Below, piece after piece: positions 48,365 to 58,390 of a stretch of DNA of 64,000 nucleotides; within the stretch, counting starts at the first letter, position 1; every line of letters begins with the position of its first letter. The notes beneath the pieces were generated by a model. The model was not told the DNA's origin. It saw only the letters and a list, made by a program, of their open reading frames with translations, and searched no databases. Source of the DNA: Pseudomonadota bacterium (GTDB taxonomy: Bacteria; Desulfobacterota; Desulfobacteria; Desulfobacterales; RPRI01). The translations under genes and the position numbers were made by a program. Where the stretch lies: positions 24,759-88,758 of the forward strand of contig JBDRRF010000024.1 in assembly GCA_043825875.1 (NCBI GenBank), in the 5' to 3' direction.

Positions 48365-50170
48365 TTATACTTTAACAGTCTTTATTCTTAAACAAAGTTC
48401 ATCAAGCTGAGCTTTACTGGTTTCAGATGGTGCATTAGTTAAAAGGCAAGACGCTTTCTGTGTTTTCGGGAAAGCAATTACATCCCGTATGGATGACCCG
48501 CCGCAAAGTATCATGATAAGTCTGTCGAAGCCAAAAGCAATTCCGCCATGAGGAGGTGCTCCGGTTTCAAGGGCCGAAAGCAGAAACCCGAATTTTTCAT
48601 TATATGATTCTGCGTTCATGCCAAGAGTTTCGAAAACTGCTTCCTGTAGATTTTTCTGGTGAATACGTATGCTTCCACCACCGATTTCAGATCCGTTTAG
48701 TACAAGGTCATAGGCTCTTGAACGAACTGCAAGGGGGTTTTCCTTTAAAAGTTCGTAGTCTTCCTCAAGCGGGGAAGTAAAAGGGTGGTGCATTGCCTGA
48801 TATCTTTTTTCGGTTTCATCATATTCTACCATTGGAAACTGGGTAACCCATAAGAATTTGAATATGCTGTCATCGATAAGATTCAGCTTTTGGGCGATGT
48901 GGTTTCTTAAATGCCCGAGGGCATCATTAACTATTTTAGGCTGATCCGCGACAAAAAAAACAAGGTCACCGGGTTCCATATCAATATGTTGTATAAGAGC
49001 TTGTTTTTCTTCATCCGTAAAAAATTTTGCAATCGGAGACTGCCATCCGTCTTCTTTCACCTTTATCCAGGCAAGGCCTTTTGCTTTGTAAACAGCAGCA
49101 AATGCCGTAAAATCATCTATCTCTTTTCTGGAAAAATTAACGCAGCCTTTTGCATTTAATGCCTTGACTATTCCGCCTTTTTCAACAACAGATGCAAAAA
49201 CCTTAAAGCCTGAAGTTTTTACTATATCCGAAATATCTTTAAGCTCAAGCTCGAAACGAAGATCCGGCTTATCAAGCCCGAAACGATCAATAGCTTCCTT
49301 ATATGGGATTTTTAAAAAAGGAGTTTCAATATTTTTATCAAGTACATCATGAAAAATATTTTTTATCAAACCTTCGGCAAGCGCCATAATATCTTCTTCA
49401 CCAACAAAACTCATCTCAATATCTATCTGAGTAAATTCAGGCTGGCGGTCGGCTCTTAAATCTTCGTCTCTGAAGCAGCGCACAATCTGATAGTATTTGT
49501 CAAAACCTGAAATCATAAGAAGCTGTTTAAATATCTGCGGCGATTGTGGAAGCGCATAAAACATACCGGGATTTATGCGGCTTGGAACAAGATAATCACG
49601 AGCGCCTTCAGGTGTGCTTTTAGTTAAAACCGGAGTTTCTATATCTATAAAGCCAAGTTCGTCTAAGTATTTTCTTACAGATGCCGAAGCTTTATGACGA
49701 AGGATTAAGTTTTTTTGAATATGAGGACGTCTTAAATCGATATATCTGTTTTTCAGGCGCACATTTTCAGAAACATCTATAGAGTCTTCAATAAGAAAAG
49801 GAGGGGTGCATGCTTCATTTAAGATTTTAAGCTCCGATACAAAAACCTCAATCTCACCTGTTTTTAAATTCGGATTGGTCATACCTTCGGGGCGTTTTTC
49901 AACCTTGCCACGAATTCCTATTACATATTCGCTCCTTATTTCATGAGCTTTCGCATGCGTATTGCTTTCATGATCCGGATTGAAAACCACCTGGGTTAAG
50001 CCTTCTCTATCGCGCAAATCAATAAATATCACACCACCGTGATCTCTTCTGCGCTGTACCCATCCCATAAGAACTACTTCTTTACCGATATCTGCCGTGT
50101 TAAGTTCACAGCAATTATGGGTTCTTCTCATTTTCCCAAGTATATCCGCCAACTTTTTGAATCCTTTCAA
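48365..50170 (-). CDS. aspS: Aspartate--tRNA ligase
   Basis: RTHNC, RRDHGG, EGARDY, FRDEDLRADRQPEF, APPHGG. Confidence 0.97.
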   Translation of the reverse strand: MKGFKKLADILGKMRRTHNCCELNTADIGKEVVLMGWVQRRRDHGGVIFIDLRDREGLTQVVFNPDHESNTHAKAHEIRSEYVIGIRGKVEKRPEGMTNPNLKTGEIEVFVSELKILNEACTPPFLIEDSIDVSENVRLKNRYIDLRRPHIQKNLILRHKASASVRKYLDELGFIDIETPVLTKSTPEGARDYLVPSRINPGMFYALPQSPQIFKQLLMISGFDKYYQIVRCFRDEDLRADRQPEFTQIDIEMSFVGEEDIMALAEGLIKNIFHDVLDKNIETPFLKIPYKEAIDRFGLDKPDLRFELELKDISDIVKTSGFKVFASVVEKGGIVKALNAKGCVNFSRKEIDDFTAFAAVYKAKGLAWIKVKEDGWQSPIAKFFTDEEKQALIQHIDMEPGDLVFFVADQPKIVNDALGHLRNHIAQKLNLIDDSIFKFLWVTQFPMVEYDETEKRYQAMHHPFTSPLEEDYELLKENPLAVRSRAYDLVLNGSEIGGGSIRIHQKNLQEAVFETLGMNAESYNEKFGFLLSALETGAPPHGGIAFGFDRLIMILCGGSSIRDVIAFPKTQKASCLLTNAPSETSKAQLDELCLRIKTVKV

Positions 50171-50180
50171 AATGATAAAA

Positions 50181-51452
50181 TTATAAACTTTTTTTGTTTT
50201 CCAAAAAGATTGATTTTAGGTTTTCTGCTATCCCATCTATGGGTAAAGAAACCTGCTCTTTTGTTGTCATATTTCTTAAAACAACTAAGCCTGCAACAAT
50301 CTCGTTTTCTCCTATGATAAGAACATGACCGCTACCAAGCCTGTCGGCTTTTTTCATTTGCCCTTTTAAGCTTTTATCCGAAAAATCGGTTTCCGTTTTT
50401 ATTCCGGCAAGACCAAGAGCGCACGAGCATTGCAGGGCCATTGTTTTAGCTTTTTCTCCGAGAGCGGCAATAAAAAGATCGGGTTTGCAGTAAACATCAG
50501 TATTATTTGAAGCAAGAATTTCTGCAAGCCTGTCAAATCCTATCGCAAAGCCAATTGCAGGCTGGGATGGTCCTCCCAGAGACTCTATAAGCTTGTCATA
50601 GCGTCCGCCTCCGGCAACAGCACTTTGTGCTCCAAGAGAGCCCGTTTGGACTTCGAAAGATGTTCTTGTGTAATAGTCAAGACCTCTTACAAGCCGATTG
50701 TCTATTTCAAAGGAAATATTCAAATCATTCAAAGAATTTTTTACAGTTTCAAAATGCTTGCTGCATTCCTCACACAGGTGCTCTATGATGGATGGAGCAT
50801 CTTTCATAGTCTCACGGCAGGAAAGCACTTTGCAATCAAGAACTCTTAAAGGATTATTTATTTTCCTTCTCTCGCAGTCCGAACAAAGAGTTGATGAAGT
50901 ATTTGACAAGTACTTTTGCAGAGCTTTTTTAAAGTTGGGACGGCATTGTTGGCATCCCAGCGAATTTAAATGAATACTAATATCTGTAACAGACAATCTT
51001 TTAAAAAGCTCAACAAGCATAAATATAAGTTGAGCATCTGCAAGGGGTGAATCAACTCCTAAGATTTCAGCATTAATCTGATAAAATTGTCTGTAACGCC
51101 CCTTTTGCGGTCGTTCTCTTCGAAACATAGGGCCAATGGTATAAAATTTTTGTACAGGATCAACAGCATAGAGTCTGTGCTGAATATATGCTCTTACAAC
51201 TGATGCCGTGGCTTCAGGGCGCAAAGTGATAAATTCATCTTTTTTGTTAAGAAAAGTATACATTTCCTTTTCGACAATATCCGTATCCTGTCCAATGCTT
51301 CTTGCAAAAAGTTCGGTATGTTCGATAATGGGAAGACGAATCTCGCAAAAACCGAAACTTTCAAAAAGGGATATCGCGGTCTTTTCTATTTTCTGCCAAA
51401 GACCTGTCTCTTCCGGAAGAATATCTTTAAACCCTCTTATTAATTGAATCAT
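50181..51452 (-). CDS. hisS: Histidine--tRNA ligase
   Basis: LRPEATA, FRRERPQKGRYRQF, LVRGLDYY, GGGRYD. Confidence 0.97.
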   Translation of the reverse strand: MIQLIRGFKDILPEETGLWQKIEKTAISLFESFGFCEIRLPIIEHTELFARSIGQDTDIVEKEMYTFLNKKDEFITLRPEATASVVRAYIQHRLYAVDPVQKFYTIGPMFRRERPQKGRYRQFYQINAEILGVDSPLADAQLIFMLVELFKRLSVTDISIHLNSLGCQQCRPNFKKALQKYLSNTSSTLCSDCERRKINNPLRVLDCKVLSCRETMKDAPSIIEHLCEECSKHFETVKNSLNDLNISFEIDNRLVRGLDYYTRTSFEVQTGSLGAQSAVAGGGRYDKLIESLGGPSQPAIGFAIGFDRLAEILASNNTDVYCKPDLFIAALGEKAKTMALQCSCALGLAGIKTETDFSDKSLKGQMKKADRLGSGHVLIIGENEIVAGLVVLRNMTTKEQVSLPIDGIAENLKSIFLENKKSL

Positions 51453-51718
51453 TTCCTTTTAACTTATACTCCGTTTCTAACAGCTGCATTTGAAAAATAA
51501 GCGATAAGCCTATAATAACTTAGATTGTTGGTAAAACAAGTCTTTCTATCCCAGCTTCAGGTATTTAGTCAATAGCTATGTCTTTTACATCTTTTATTCT
51601 TGTATATATATTGAATTTTTATTGTGTTTCTTATAATATATATCCGCAAATTTCATTGTTTTGGTTAAATCATATAAAGTTCTATAATTTTAACGAACTC
51701 GAAAGGATATAATATATT

Positions 51719-53011
51719 TTGAAACACGAATATTCCAACAAACTTTTTGAGAAGGCAAAAAAATTAATTCCAGGTGGTGTAAACAGTCCTGTACGGGCAT
51801 GCAAATCCGTCGGATCGGAGCCGGTTTTCATAAGCCGGGCCGATGGGGCAAGGATTGTTGATGAAGATGGAAACGAATATATAGATTATATCGGTTCATG
51901 GGGGCCTATGATTCTTGGCCACAGACATCATGCTGTTGTTTCTGCGATAAATTCGGCTCTAAAAAACGGAACCAGTTTCGGAGCGCCTACCATTCTGGAA
52001 ATTAAACTTGCCGAAATGATTATTGATGCCGTACCTTCTGTAGAAATGGTGCGGATGGTTAATTCCGGAACCGAGGCCACTATGAGTGCTATCCGGCTTG
52101 CAAGGGGTTTTACCGGAAGAGATATGATTATAAAATTTGATGGTTGTTATCACGGACATTCCGATGCTCTGCTTGTTGAAGCCGGATCAGGTGTTGCCAC
52201 TCTCGGAATTCCTGGAAGTCCGGGAGTGCCGGAATCTTTTGTTTCATCAACTTTATCCCTTCCTTTTAATGATATTAAAAGCATTGAAGAAGCTATGGAA
52301 AAATACGGCTCGCAAGTTGCCTGCATAATAGTAGAACCTGTTGCCGGCAATATGGGGCTTGTACTTCCTTGTGATGGGTTTTTAGAAGCCTTAAGAAAGC
52401 TTACCGAAAAATACGGCAGTCTTTTAATATTTGATGAAGTAATGACAGGTTTCAGGGTTGCTTACGGAGGTGCGCAATCATTATATGGAGTCATTCCTGA
52501 TTTAACATGCCTTGGCAAAATTATCGGAGGAGGTCTTCCTGTAGGGGCATATGGCGGAAAACGTGAGATCATGGAACATATTGCTCCTCAGGGGCCGGTT
52601 TATCAGGCCGGAACTCTATCAGGTAATCCTCTTGCCATGGCTGCCGGAATAGCAACTTTAACCGAGCTAAAAAAACCCGGTTTTTATGAATCATTAAACG
52701 CCAATTCGGAAATGCTTGCTAATGGTCTTGTGGAAGCCGCAGAAAAAGCGGGTATAAAAGCATCTGTTGCAAGATCAGGCTCCATGCTTGGCATGTTTTT
52801 TACGGAAGATAAGGTTATTGATTTTGAGAGCGCAAAGAAAAGCGATCTTAAGATGTTTGCGGCTTATTATAAAAAGATGCTTGATAATGGAATTTATCTG
52901 GCTCCTTCACAGTTTGAGGCGTTGTTTGTTTCATATGCTCACAGCGAAGAAGATATTGAGCAAACCATTAACATGGCAGCTAAGGCAATGCAGGAGTTGA
53001 ATGCAAAATAA
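51719..53011 (+). CDS. hemL: Glutamate-1-semialdehyde 2,1-aminomutase
   Basis: [32 protein letters not shown]. Confidence 0.97.
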   Translation: MKHEYSNKLFEKAKKLIPGGVNSPVRACKSVGSEPVFISRADGARIVDEDGNEYIDYIGSWGPMILGHRHHAVVSAINSALKNGTSFGAPTILEIKLAEMIIDAVPSVEMVRMVNSGTEATMSAIRLARGFTGRDMIIKFDGCYHGHSDALLVEAGSGVATLGIPGSPGVPESFVSSTLSLPFNDIKSIEEAMEKYGSQVACIIVEPVAGNMGLVLPCDGFLEALRKLTEKYGSLLIFDEVMTGFRVAYGGAQSLYGVIPDLTCLGKIIGGGLPVGAYGGKREIMEHIAPQGPVYQAGTLSGNPLAMAAGIATLTELKKPGFYESLNANSEMLANGLVEAAEKAGIKASVARSGSMLGMFFTEDKVIDFESAKKSDLKMFAAYYKKMLDNGIYLAPSQFEALFVSYAHSEEDIEQTINMAAKAMQELNAK

Positions 53012-53020
53012 AATTACATA

Positions 53021-53109
53021 GGTTTATGGTTTTGGGTTCACGGTTTAAGGTTCAAGGTCCAAGGTTCACGGGTTCAAGACAAACAACTGTGAACTATGAA
53101 TTGTGAACC
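53021..53109. repeat. Heptamer tandem array with inverted counterpart
   Basis: About 8 GGTTCAA-like units (53021-53077), then AACTGTG/AACTATG/AATTGTG units (53085-53109). Confidence 0.7.
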
Positions 53110-53157
53110 ATTGGTATGGCAACCTGAGTAATTACACTATTTGAAGGATTATCAGCT

Positions 53158-54078
53158 ATGGGAAATAAAATAAGAACCACAATGTTGCTTGCCGTATTGA
53201 CGGCATTTATTGTCTGGGTGGGTCAGATAATGGGCGGCACCCATGGGATGTTTATAGCGCTTATTATTGCAGCAGCAATGAATTTTGTCAGCTACTGGTA
53301 TTCTGATAAGATTGTATTAAAGATGTATAAGGCAAGAGAAGTTACTCCAAATGATGTGCCGCTTGTTCATGAAATAGTGAAAAAGCTTACGGTTCGCGCC
53401 GGACTGCCGATGCCGAAGGTTTATTTAATACCCGAAGAATCACCAAATGCTTTTGCCACAGGAAGAGATCCCGAACATGCGGTTGTTGCTGTTACAAAAG
53501 GCCTTGTTAATCTGATGAACAAAGAAGAGCTTGAAGGAGTTATTGCTCATGAACTTGCTCACATAAAAAACAGAGATATCCTGATAGGCTCTATTGCCGC
53601 AACGCTTGCAGGCGCTATTATGGTGCTTGCAAATATGGCACGGTTTGCGGCCATATTCGGTGGCCATAGAAGTGATGACAGCGTTAGCGGCGGCGGTATG
53701 GTTTCGCTTATACTCATGTCTATCGTGGCTCCTTTTGCAGCTATAATTATACAGATGGCCATATCACGTTCCGGAGAATTTTCGGCAGATTCCACCGGAG
53801 CTATTATTGCCGGCAATTCAAAAGGACTTGCCGGCGCTCTTGAAAAGCTTGGTTCCTATTCCAAAAAACTTCCCATGGATGCAAATCCTTCAACAGCCCA
53901 TATGTTTATTGTAAATCCGCTATCAGGAAAAAGCCTGATATATCTTTTCTCAACTCACCCTCCGCTTGAAGAAAGAATCCAGCGCCTTGGTGGAATCAGC
54001 ACTGAAAAAAGCAGCAATGGTTTGGAAGCTAACAGGGGGGAAGAAGCTGCTAAATCTTTCTGGAAAAATCTTTCTTAG
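53158..54078 (+). CDS. htpX: Zinc metalloprotease HtpX
   Basis: PNAFATG, HELAH, FSTHPP. Confidence 0.95.
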   Translation: MGNKIRTTMLLAVLTAFIVWVGQIMGGTHGMFIALIIAAAMNFVSYWYSDKIVLKMYKAREVTPNDVPLVHEIVKKLTVRAGLPMPKVYLIPEESPNAFATGRDPEHAVVAVTKGLVNLMNKEELEGVIAHELAHIKNRDILIGSIAATLAGAIMVLANMARFAAIFGGHRSDDSVSGGGMVSLILMSIVAPFAAIIIQMAISRSGEFSADSTGAIIAGNSKGLAGALEKLGSYSKKLPMDANPSTAHMFIVNPLSGKSLIYLFSTHPPLEERIQRLGGISTEKSSNGLEANRGEEAAKSFWKNLS

Positions 54079-54086
54079 ATTTAATA

Positions 54087-54229
54087 GTGTCCGCCCAGAA
54101 ATGGTAGATTGCGGTTCAGATCAAGGCCGCAGTGTTTTTGAAAACGCAGGCGTAATGGGCTTACATCGAGTATTTCAAAAACGCGAGAACGCAGATATGG
54201 GTCGTAAGATGCCGTTTATGGACGGACAC
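54087..54229 (+). mobile_element. MITE-like element, family B
   Basis: TIR GTGTCCGCCCAGAAATGG / CCGTTTATGGACGGACAC (15 of 18); 143 bp; internal motifs shared with family A. Confidence 0.7.
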
Positions 54230-54479
54230 AAAATAAAAATGTGGCATATTCTGATTATTGTTTTATAATGGCAATATGATCTTAAAAAATGTTATAATGT
54301 GCTCAATTATTTTCTTGACACTATATTCATGATGCTTTAGAGATCCCAAAAAATATAGTTGCGATTATTAATAGTTTCGGTTAGTTTATTAAACTTAAAC
54401 AAGGGTTGTTTTCGAAATTACCTGGTATAAATTTTTCTTAAATGTATCAAATCCGGTCTGATCGTTCGGAGTTTATAAA

Positions 54480-54770
54480 ATGCAGTATTATGCATGTTTT
54501 AAAACAAGAATTAATAATACAGGGAAATGCGTTAAAATCCCTTGCGCCACCACTTTATCATCATGCGACAGGCAATCCGAAACGAATGATAATGATGCTG
54601 ACGAACCCCCGTCGCTGCTTTTTGGATCAGACTTTATTATCAGGTTAAAGCAACTTATTAAAGATTATTTTCACTCTGTCGAAAAGACTGAATACCTACC
54701 GACATTTTTTCCTTCACAAAAACATTTATCTGTAAAGAGAAAGGTTTTATTATTTTTACCATATAGTTAA
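54480..54770 (+). CDS. Small protein homologous to the KamA N-terminal extension (DEPPSL peptide)
   Basis: GGAG RBS 8 nt upstream; aligns with aa 1-80 of the next gene with synonymous codon differences. Confidence 0.7.
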   Translation: MQYYACFKTRINNTGKCVKIPCATTLSSCDRQSETNDNDADEPPSLLFGSDFIIRLKQLIKDYFHSVEKTEYLPTFFPSQKHLSVKRKVLLFLPYS

Positions 54771-54880
54771 AAAAGACCTTTAGAAGTTTAGCTGGCTGTA
54801 TTTATAATATAAAATCACTTTAGAATAATAAGCGCAAATAAAAATCACCGGTTTTAAAAATTAAAAAAGGAGTAAATGAA

Positions 54881-56233
54881 ATGCAAAATAACGCTCGTTC
54901 TATAAGACGTGGCGGAGTGTCCAGGAAAGCAATGAAAATTCCCGACTGCCCGGCAATTCAATCCGAAAGCAAAAACTCCGACTTAAATGAGGTTGATGAG
55001 CCTCCGTCGCTGTCTCTTGCTTCAGATAGTTCCCTGCATACCGTTTGCTCAGAAGAACTGCTTCCTGTTCGTCCGGTCAAACGCCATCCATCACGCATCT
55101 TAAGAAAACAATTTATTTTCCAGGCAACACCTGCCGAATGGAACGACTGGAAGTGGCAACTTAAAAACCGAATCCAAAATTTTGATACTCTTTCAACAAT
55201 CTTAACACTTTCACCGGAAGAGACAGAAGCTGTTAAATCAAATGCTGATTCTTTGCCTCTATCCATTACTCCTTATTATGCCAGTCTTCTCGACAAGACT
55301 GATCCTATGCACCCGCTGCGACGTGCCGTAGTTCCCGTTAAAGCTGAACTTTGCAAGTCTTTCGGAGAAGCCGAAGATCCTCTGGGAGAAGATGCCGACA
55401 GTCCTGTTTGCGGTATTGTGCATCGTTATCCTGATCGCGTATTGTTTTTAGTAACAGATTTTTGTTCCACCAACTGCCGCTACTGCACAAGATCAAGAAT
55501 GGTAGGCCGGTCATCGGTATCTCATGGCGGTGTGGCAAACTGGGAAAAAGCGCTTGGTTATATTGAAGCAAATAAGGATATAAGAGATGTATTGATTTCC
55601 GGTGGCGATCCTCTTACCCTTAGTGATGATGCTCTGGAATGGCTCCTTTCACGTCTTTGCCGTATTCCACATCTGGATATTGTACGCATCGGGACAAAGG
55701 CTCCTGTGGTTCTGCCCCAGCGCATTACTACCAGATTAGTCAGAATGCTTAAGCGCTATCACCCTTTATGGATTAATATTCATTTCATGCATCCTGAGGA
55801 AGTTACGCCTGAAACCAGTACTGCCTGTAACAGGCTTGCCGATGCCGGAATACCGCTTGGAAGCCAGACTGTTCTTCTTAAAGGGATAAACGATGATGTG
55901 GATACCATGAAAAGTCTTTACCACCAACTTCTTAAAATCCGGGTGCGCCCCTACTATCTGTACCAGTGCGATCCTATTGTCGGCTCCTCACACTTTAAGA
56001 CACCTGTTGAAAAAGGGCTTGAAATCATAAAAGGTCTCAGAGGGCACACATCCGGTATGGCAGTGCCGAATTTTGTTATTGACGCTCCCGGAGGCGGAGG
56101 TAAAATCCCACTTCTGCCGGAATATGTTTTAGGACGCTATGGGGACAATATCTTGCTGAAAAACTATGAAGATCTTATCTTCCGCTATCCTGACTCATCG
56201 ATAAAAAGACGTTTTGAGGAAGGAATCTATTAA
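54881..56233 (+). CDS. kamA: Lysine 2,3-aminomutase (KamA-family radical SAM/PLP) with ~80-aa N-terminal extension
   Basis: WNDWKWQL, HRYPDR, CSTNCRYCTR, SGGDPL, YQCD, DAPGGGGK. Confidence 0.93.
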   Translation: MQNNARSIRRGGVSRKAMKIPDCPAIQSESKNSDLNEVDEPPSLSLASDSSLHTVCSEELLPVRPVKRHPSRILRKQFIFQATPAEWNDWKWQLKNRIQNFDTLSTILTLSPEETEAVKSNADSLPLSITPYYASLLDKTDPMHPLRRAVVPVKAELCKSFGEAEDPLGEDADSPVCGIVHRYPDRVLFLVTDFCSTNCRYCTRSRMVGRSSVSHGGVANWEKALGYIEANKDIRDVLISGGDPLTLSDDALEWLLSRLCRIPHLDIVRIGTKAPVVLPQRITTRLVRMLKRYHPLWINIHFMHPEEVTPETSTACNRLADAGIPLGSQTVLLKGINDDVDTMKSLYHQLLKIRVRPYYLYQCDPIVGSSHFKTPVEKGLEIIKGLRGHTSGMAVPNFVIDAPGGGGKIPLLPEYVLGRYGDNILLKNYEDLIFRYPDSSIKRRFEEGIY

Positions 56234-57240
56234 TGATCGCAGGCATTACATACGATCTGCGCAATGAATATATTGCCATGGGTTTTAGCGAGGAAGATGC
56301 TGCCGAATTCGACAGTGAAGAAACCATAGATGCTATTGAAAAAGCCCTGTCCGATCTTGGTTATAAAACCGAAAGGGTAGGGCATATCAAAAACCTTGTT
56401 AAACAGCTTTGCGAAGGCAGAAGATGGGATATTGTATTTAATATAGCGGAAGGCTGCTTTGGAATGGGAAGAGAGGCGCAGGTTCCGGCAATTCTGGATG
56501 CCTATAAAATTGCATACACCTTTTCCGATCCATTAGTTTTAAGTCTTACCCTTAACAAGGCTGTTACAAAACTTATTGTAAAAAATCTGGGAATAGCGAC
56601 TCCTGATTTTGCCCTTGTAGAAAAACCGGCGGATGTTGACGCTGTCTCTCTTCCTTTTCCCCTGTTTGTCAAACCCGTTGCGGAAGGAACAGGTAAAGGA
56701 ATAAGCGCCGCGTCAAAAACAACAAATAAGGATGAACTGTATAAAGTATGCCTAAATCTTCTTGAAAGGTTTAAGCAACCTGTATTAGTTGAAACATATC
56801 TTCCCGGACGCGAATTTACCGTAGGAATTATAGGTACAGGTGAAAAGGCAAAGGTTGCCGGTGTTATGGAAGTTTTTCTTAATGAGCATGCTGAAGGAGA
56901 TTCATATTCATATATCAACAAGAAGAAATATGAAGAGGTTGTGACTTATCGTCTGGCAGATGATAAAATGGCCCGCGATGCTGCAAAAGCTGCTCTTGAT
57001 GCCTGGATAGGGCTTAAATGTCTTGATGCCGGGAGGATAGATATAAGATCGGATGAAAACGGGTGCCCGAATTTTATAGAGGTTAACCCTCTTGCGGGAC
57101 TTCATCCCGTACATTCCGATCTTCCCATACTGTGCAGGTTGTCCGGTGTCAGTTATAAAGAACTTATTGATGAAATAATAAAATCCGCAATAAGCAGGTA
57201 TCCCGCTTTAATAAAGGAAAACCAGGATAATCTTTTATGA
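56233..57240 (+). CDS. Ddl-like ATP-grasp ligase 1
   Basis: FVKPVAEGTGKG, ETYLPGREFTV, RIDIR, EVNPLAG; TAATG coupling to kamA; lacks the canonical HG..GEDG motif. Confidence 0.88.
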   Translation: MIAGITYDLRNEYIAMGFSEEDAAEFDSEETIDAIEKALSDLGYKTERVGHIKNLVKQLCEGRRWDIVFNIAEGCFGMGREAQVPAILDAYKIAYTFSDPLVLSLTLNKAVTKLIVKNLGIATPDFALVEKPADVDAVSLPFPLFVKPVAEGTGKGISAASKTTNKDELYKVCLNLLERFKQPVLVETYLPGREFTVGIIGTGEKAKVAGVMEVFLNEHAEGDSYSYINKKKYEEVVTYRLADDKMARDAAKAALDAWIGLKCLDAGRIDIRSDENGCPNFIEVNPLAGLHPVHSDLPILCRLSGVSYKELIDEIIKSAISRYPALIKENQDNLL

Positions 57241-58217
57241 AAAAATCAGTCGGCATCTTACATGCCGATATTTCGGATAATGCAGATGAAGATGAAAAGG
57301 ATGTGCTCATACAATTGGAAGCTGTTTCAAATGCACTGGCACATCTTGGGTTTGATCCTGTTTCCGTTAAATTCGGTTTAAATCTTGAAAATGCAGTTAA
57401 CCTGCTTCAAAAACTTAAGCCTTCCTTTGTATTCAATCTTGTGGAATCCGTAAATGGCTGCGGGAGCCTGATTCATCTTGCTCCTTCATTATTAGACTAC
57501 CTTAAAATTCCTTATACCGGGTCTAAGACACAAGCCATGTTTTTGACTTCAAACAAGCTTTTAGGAAAAGGCTATCTTGAAGCGCATGGCATAAGTACTC
57601 CCAAAGCTTATTGCCTTTCTTCCTTAAAAAGAGAAACCACTGTTAACGGCCGGTATATAATAAAATCCGTATGGGAACATGCCTCAATTGGTATGGAACA
57701 GGATTCGGTTGTTGATGTAAAAAGCATTTCCGAACTTGTTTCAAGGCTTGAAAGTGTTAAAACCAATATGGGTGGAGAATTTTTTTGCGAACAATATATA
57801 GACGGGCGTGAATTTAATATTGCTTTGCTTTCCGGCCCTAATGGAGTTGAAGTTCTTCCACCGGCAGAAATTCTTTTTACAGATTATCCTGAAGATAAAC
57901 ATAAAATAGTTGATTACAGCGCAAAATGGCAAACGGATTCATTTGAGTATATTAATACAAAAAGAACTTTTAATTTCAGATCTGATGATATGAATCTGAT
58001 TGAATCTCTGAAAATAATTTCAAAACAATGCTGGGACTTGTTTGAACTTAAGGGATATGCAAGGGTAGATTTCAGAGTTGATGAATCCGGCATGCCATGG
58101 GTTCTTGAAATTAATGCCAATCCCTGCATCTCACCTGACAGCGGATTTGCAGCCGCATCTAAGATGATCGGACTTGATTTTACCGATGTTATCAAAAGAA
58201 TAATTGAAGATATCTGA
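57237..58217 (+). CDS. Ddl-like ATP-grasp ligase 2
   Basis: KSVWEHASIG, EQYIDGREFN, YARVDFR, EINANP; ATGA overlap. Confidence 0.88.
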   Translation: MKKSVGILHADISDNADEDEKDVLIQLEAVSNALAHLGFDPVSVKFGLNLENAVNLLQKLKPSFVFNLVESVNGCGSLIHLAPSLLDYLKIPYTGSKTQAMFLTSNKLLGKGYLEAHGISTPKAYCLSSLKRETTVNGRYIIKSVWEHASIGMEQDSVVDVKSISELVSRLESVKTNMGGEFFCEQYIDGREFNIALLSGPNGVEVLPPAEILFTDYPEDKHKIVDYSAKWQTDSFEYINTKRTFNFRSDDMNLIESLKIISKQCWDLFELKGYARVDFRVDESGMPWVLEINANPCISPDSGFAAASKMIGLDFTDVIKRIIEDI

Positions 58218-58292
58218 TTGTTGTTCCATCCGGGAAATAAAAAAAACCTCGCCTTTAATAGAAGAATTTAGTATGGAAATAGTTTCATAAAA

Positions 58293-58387
58293 AAGGGTTC
58301 AAGGGGTCGAGGATTCGAGGGTTCAAGTGAAAAGAGGATAAGGTGCAGTACAAAACAAACACTTGACCCCTGGAACCCTTGAATCCT
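58293..58387. repeat. Octamer tandem array with inverted counterpart
   Basis: AAGGGTTC AAGGGGTC GAGGATTC GAGGGTTC AAGTG ... CACTTGACCCCT GGAACCCT TGAATCCT. Confidence 0.75.
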
Positions 58388-58390
58388 ACT

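Noticed and set aside
53966..54268. 100-aa ORF overlapping the htpX end
   Set aside because: It runs through the family-B element and is likely a chance open frame.
54442..54648. Alternative 68-aa ORF overlapping the DEPPSL peptide
   Set aside because: No RBS or motif; the homology and synonymous-change pattern belong to the 54480 frame.
54881..56233. Calling KamA epmB or glutamate 2,3-aminomutase
   Set aside because: No efp/epmA adjacent; it is long with a clostridial-type C-terminus and keeps both Asp residues expected for lysine.
56233..58217. Calling the ATP-grasp genes ddl or vanA
   Set aside because: D-Ala-binding motifs are absent and the context is kamA/GNAT rather than dcw or van genes.
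53021..58387. CRISPR arrays at the short-repeat regions
   Set aside because: Units are 7-8 bp, tandem and inverted, with no unique spacers and no cas genes.
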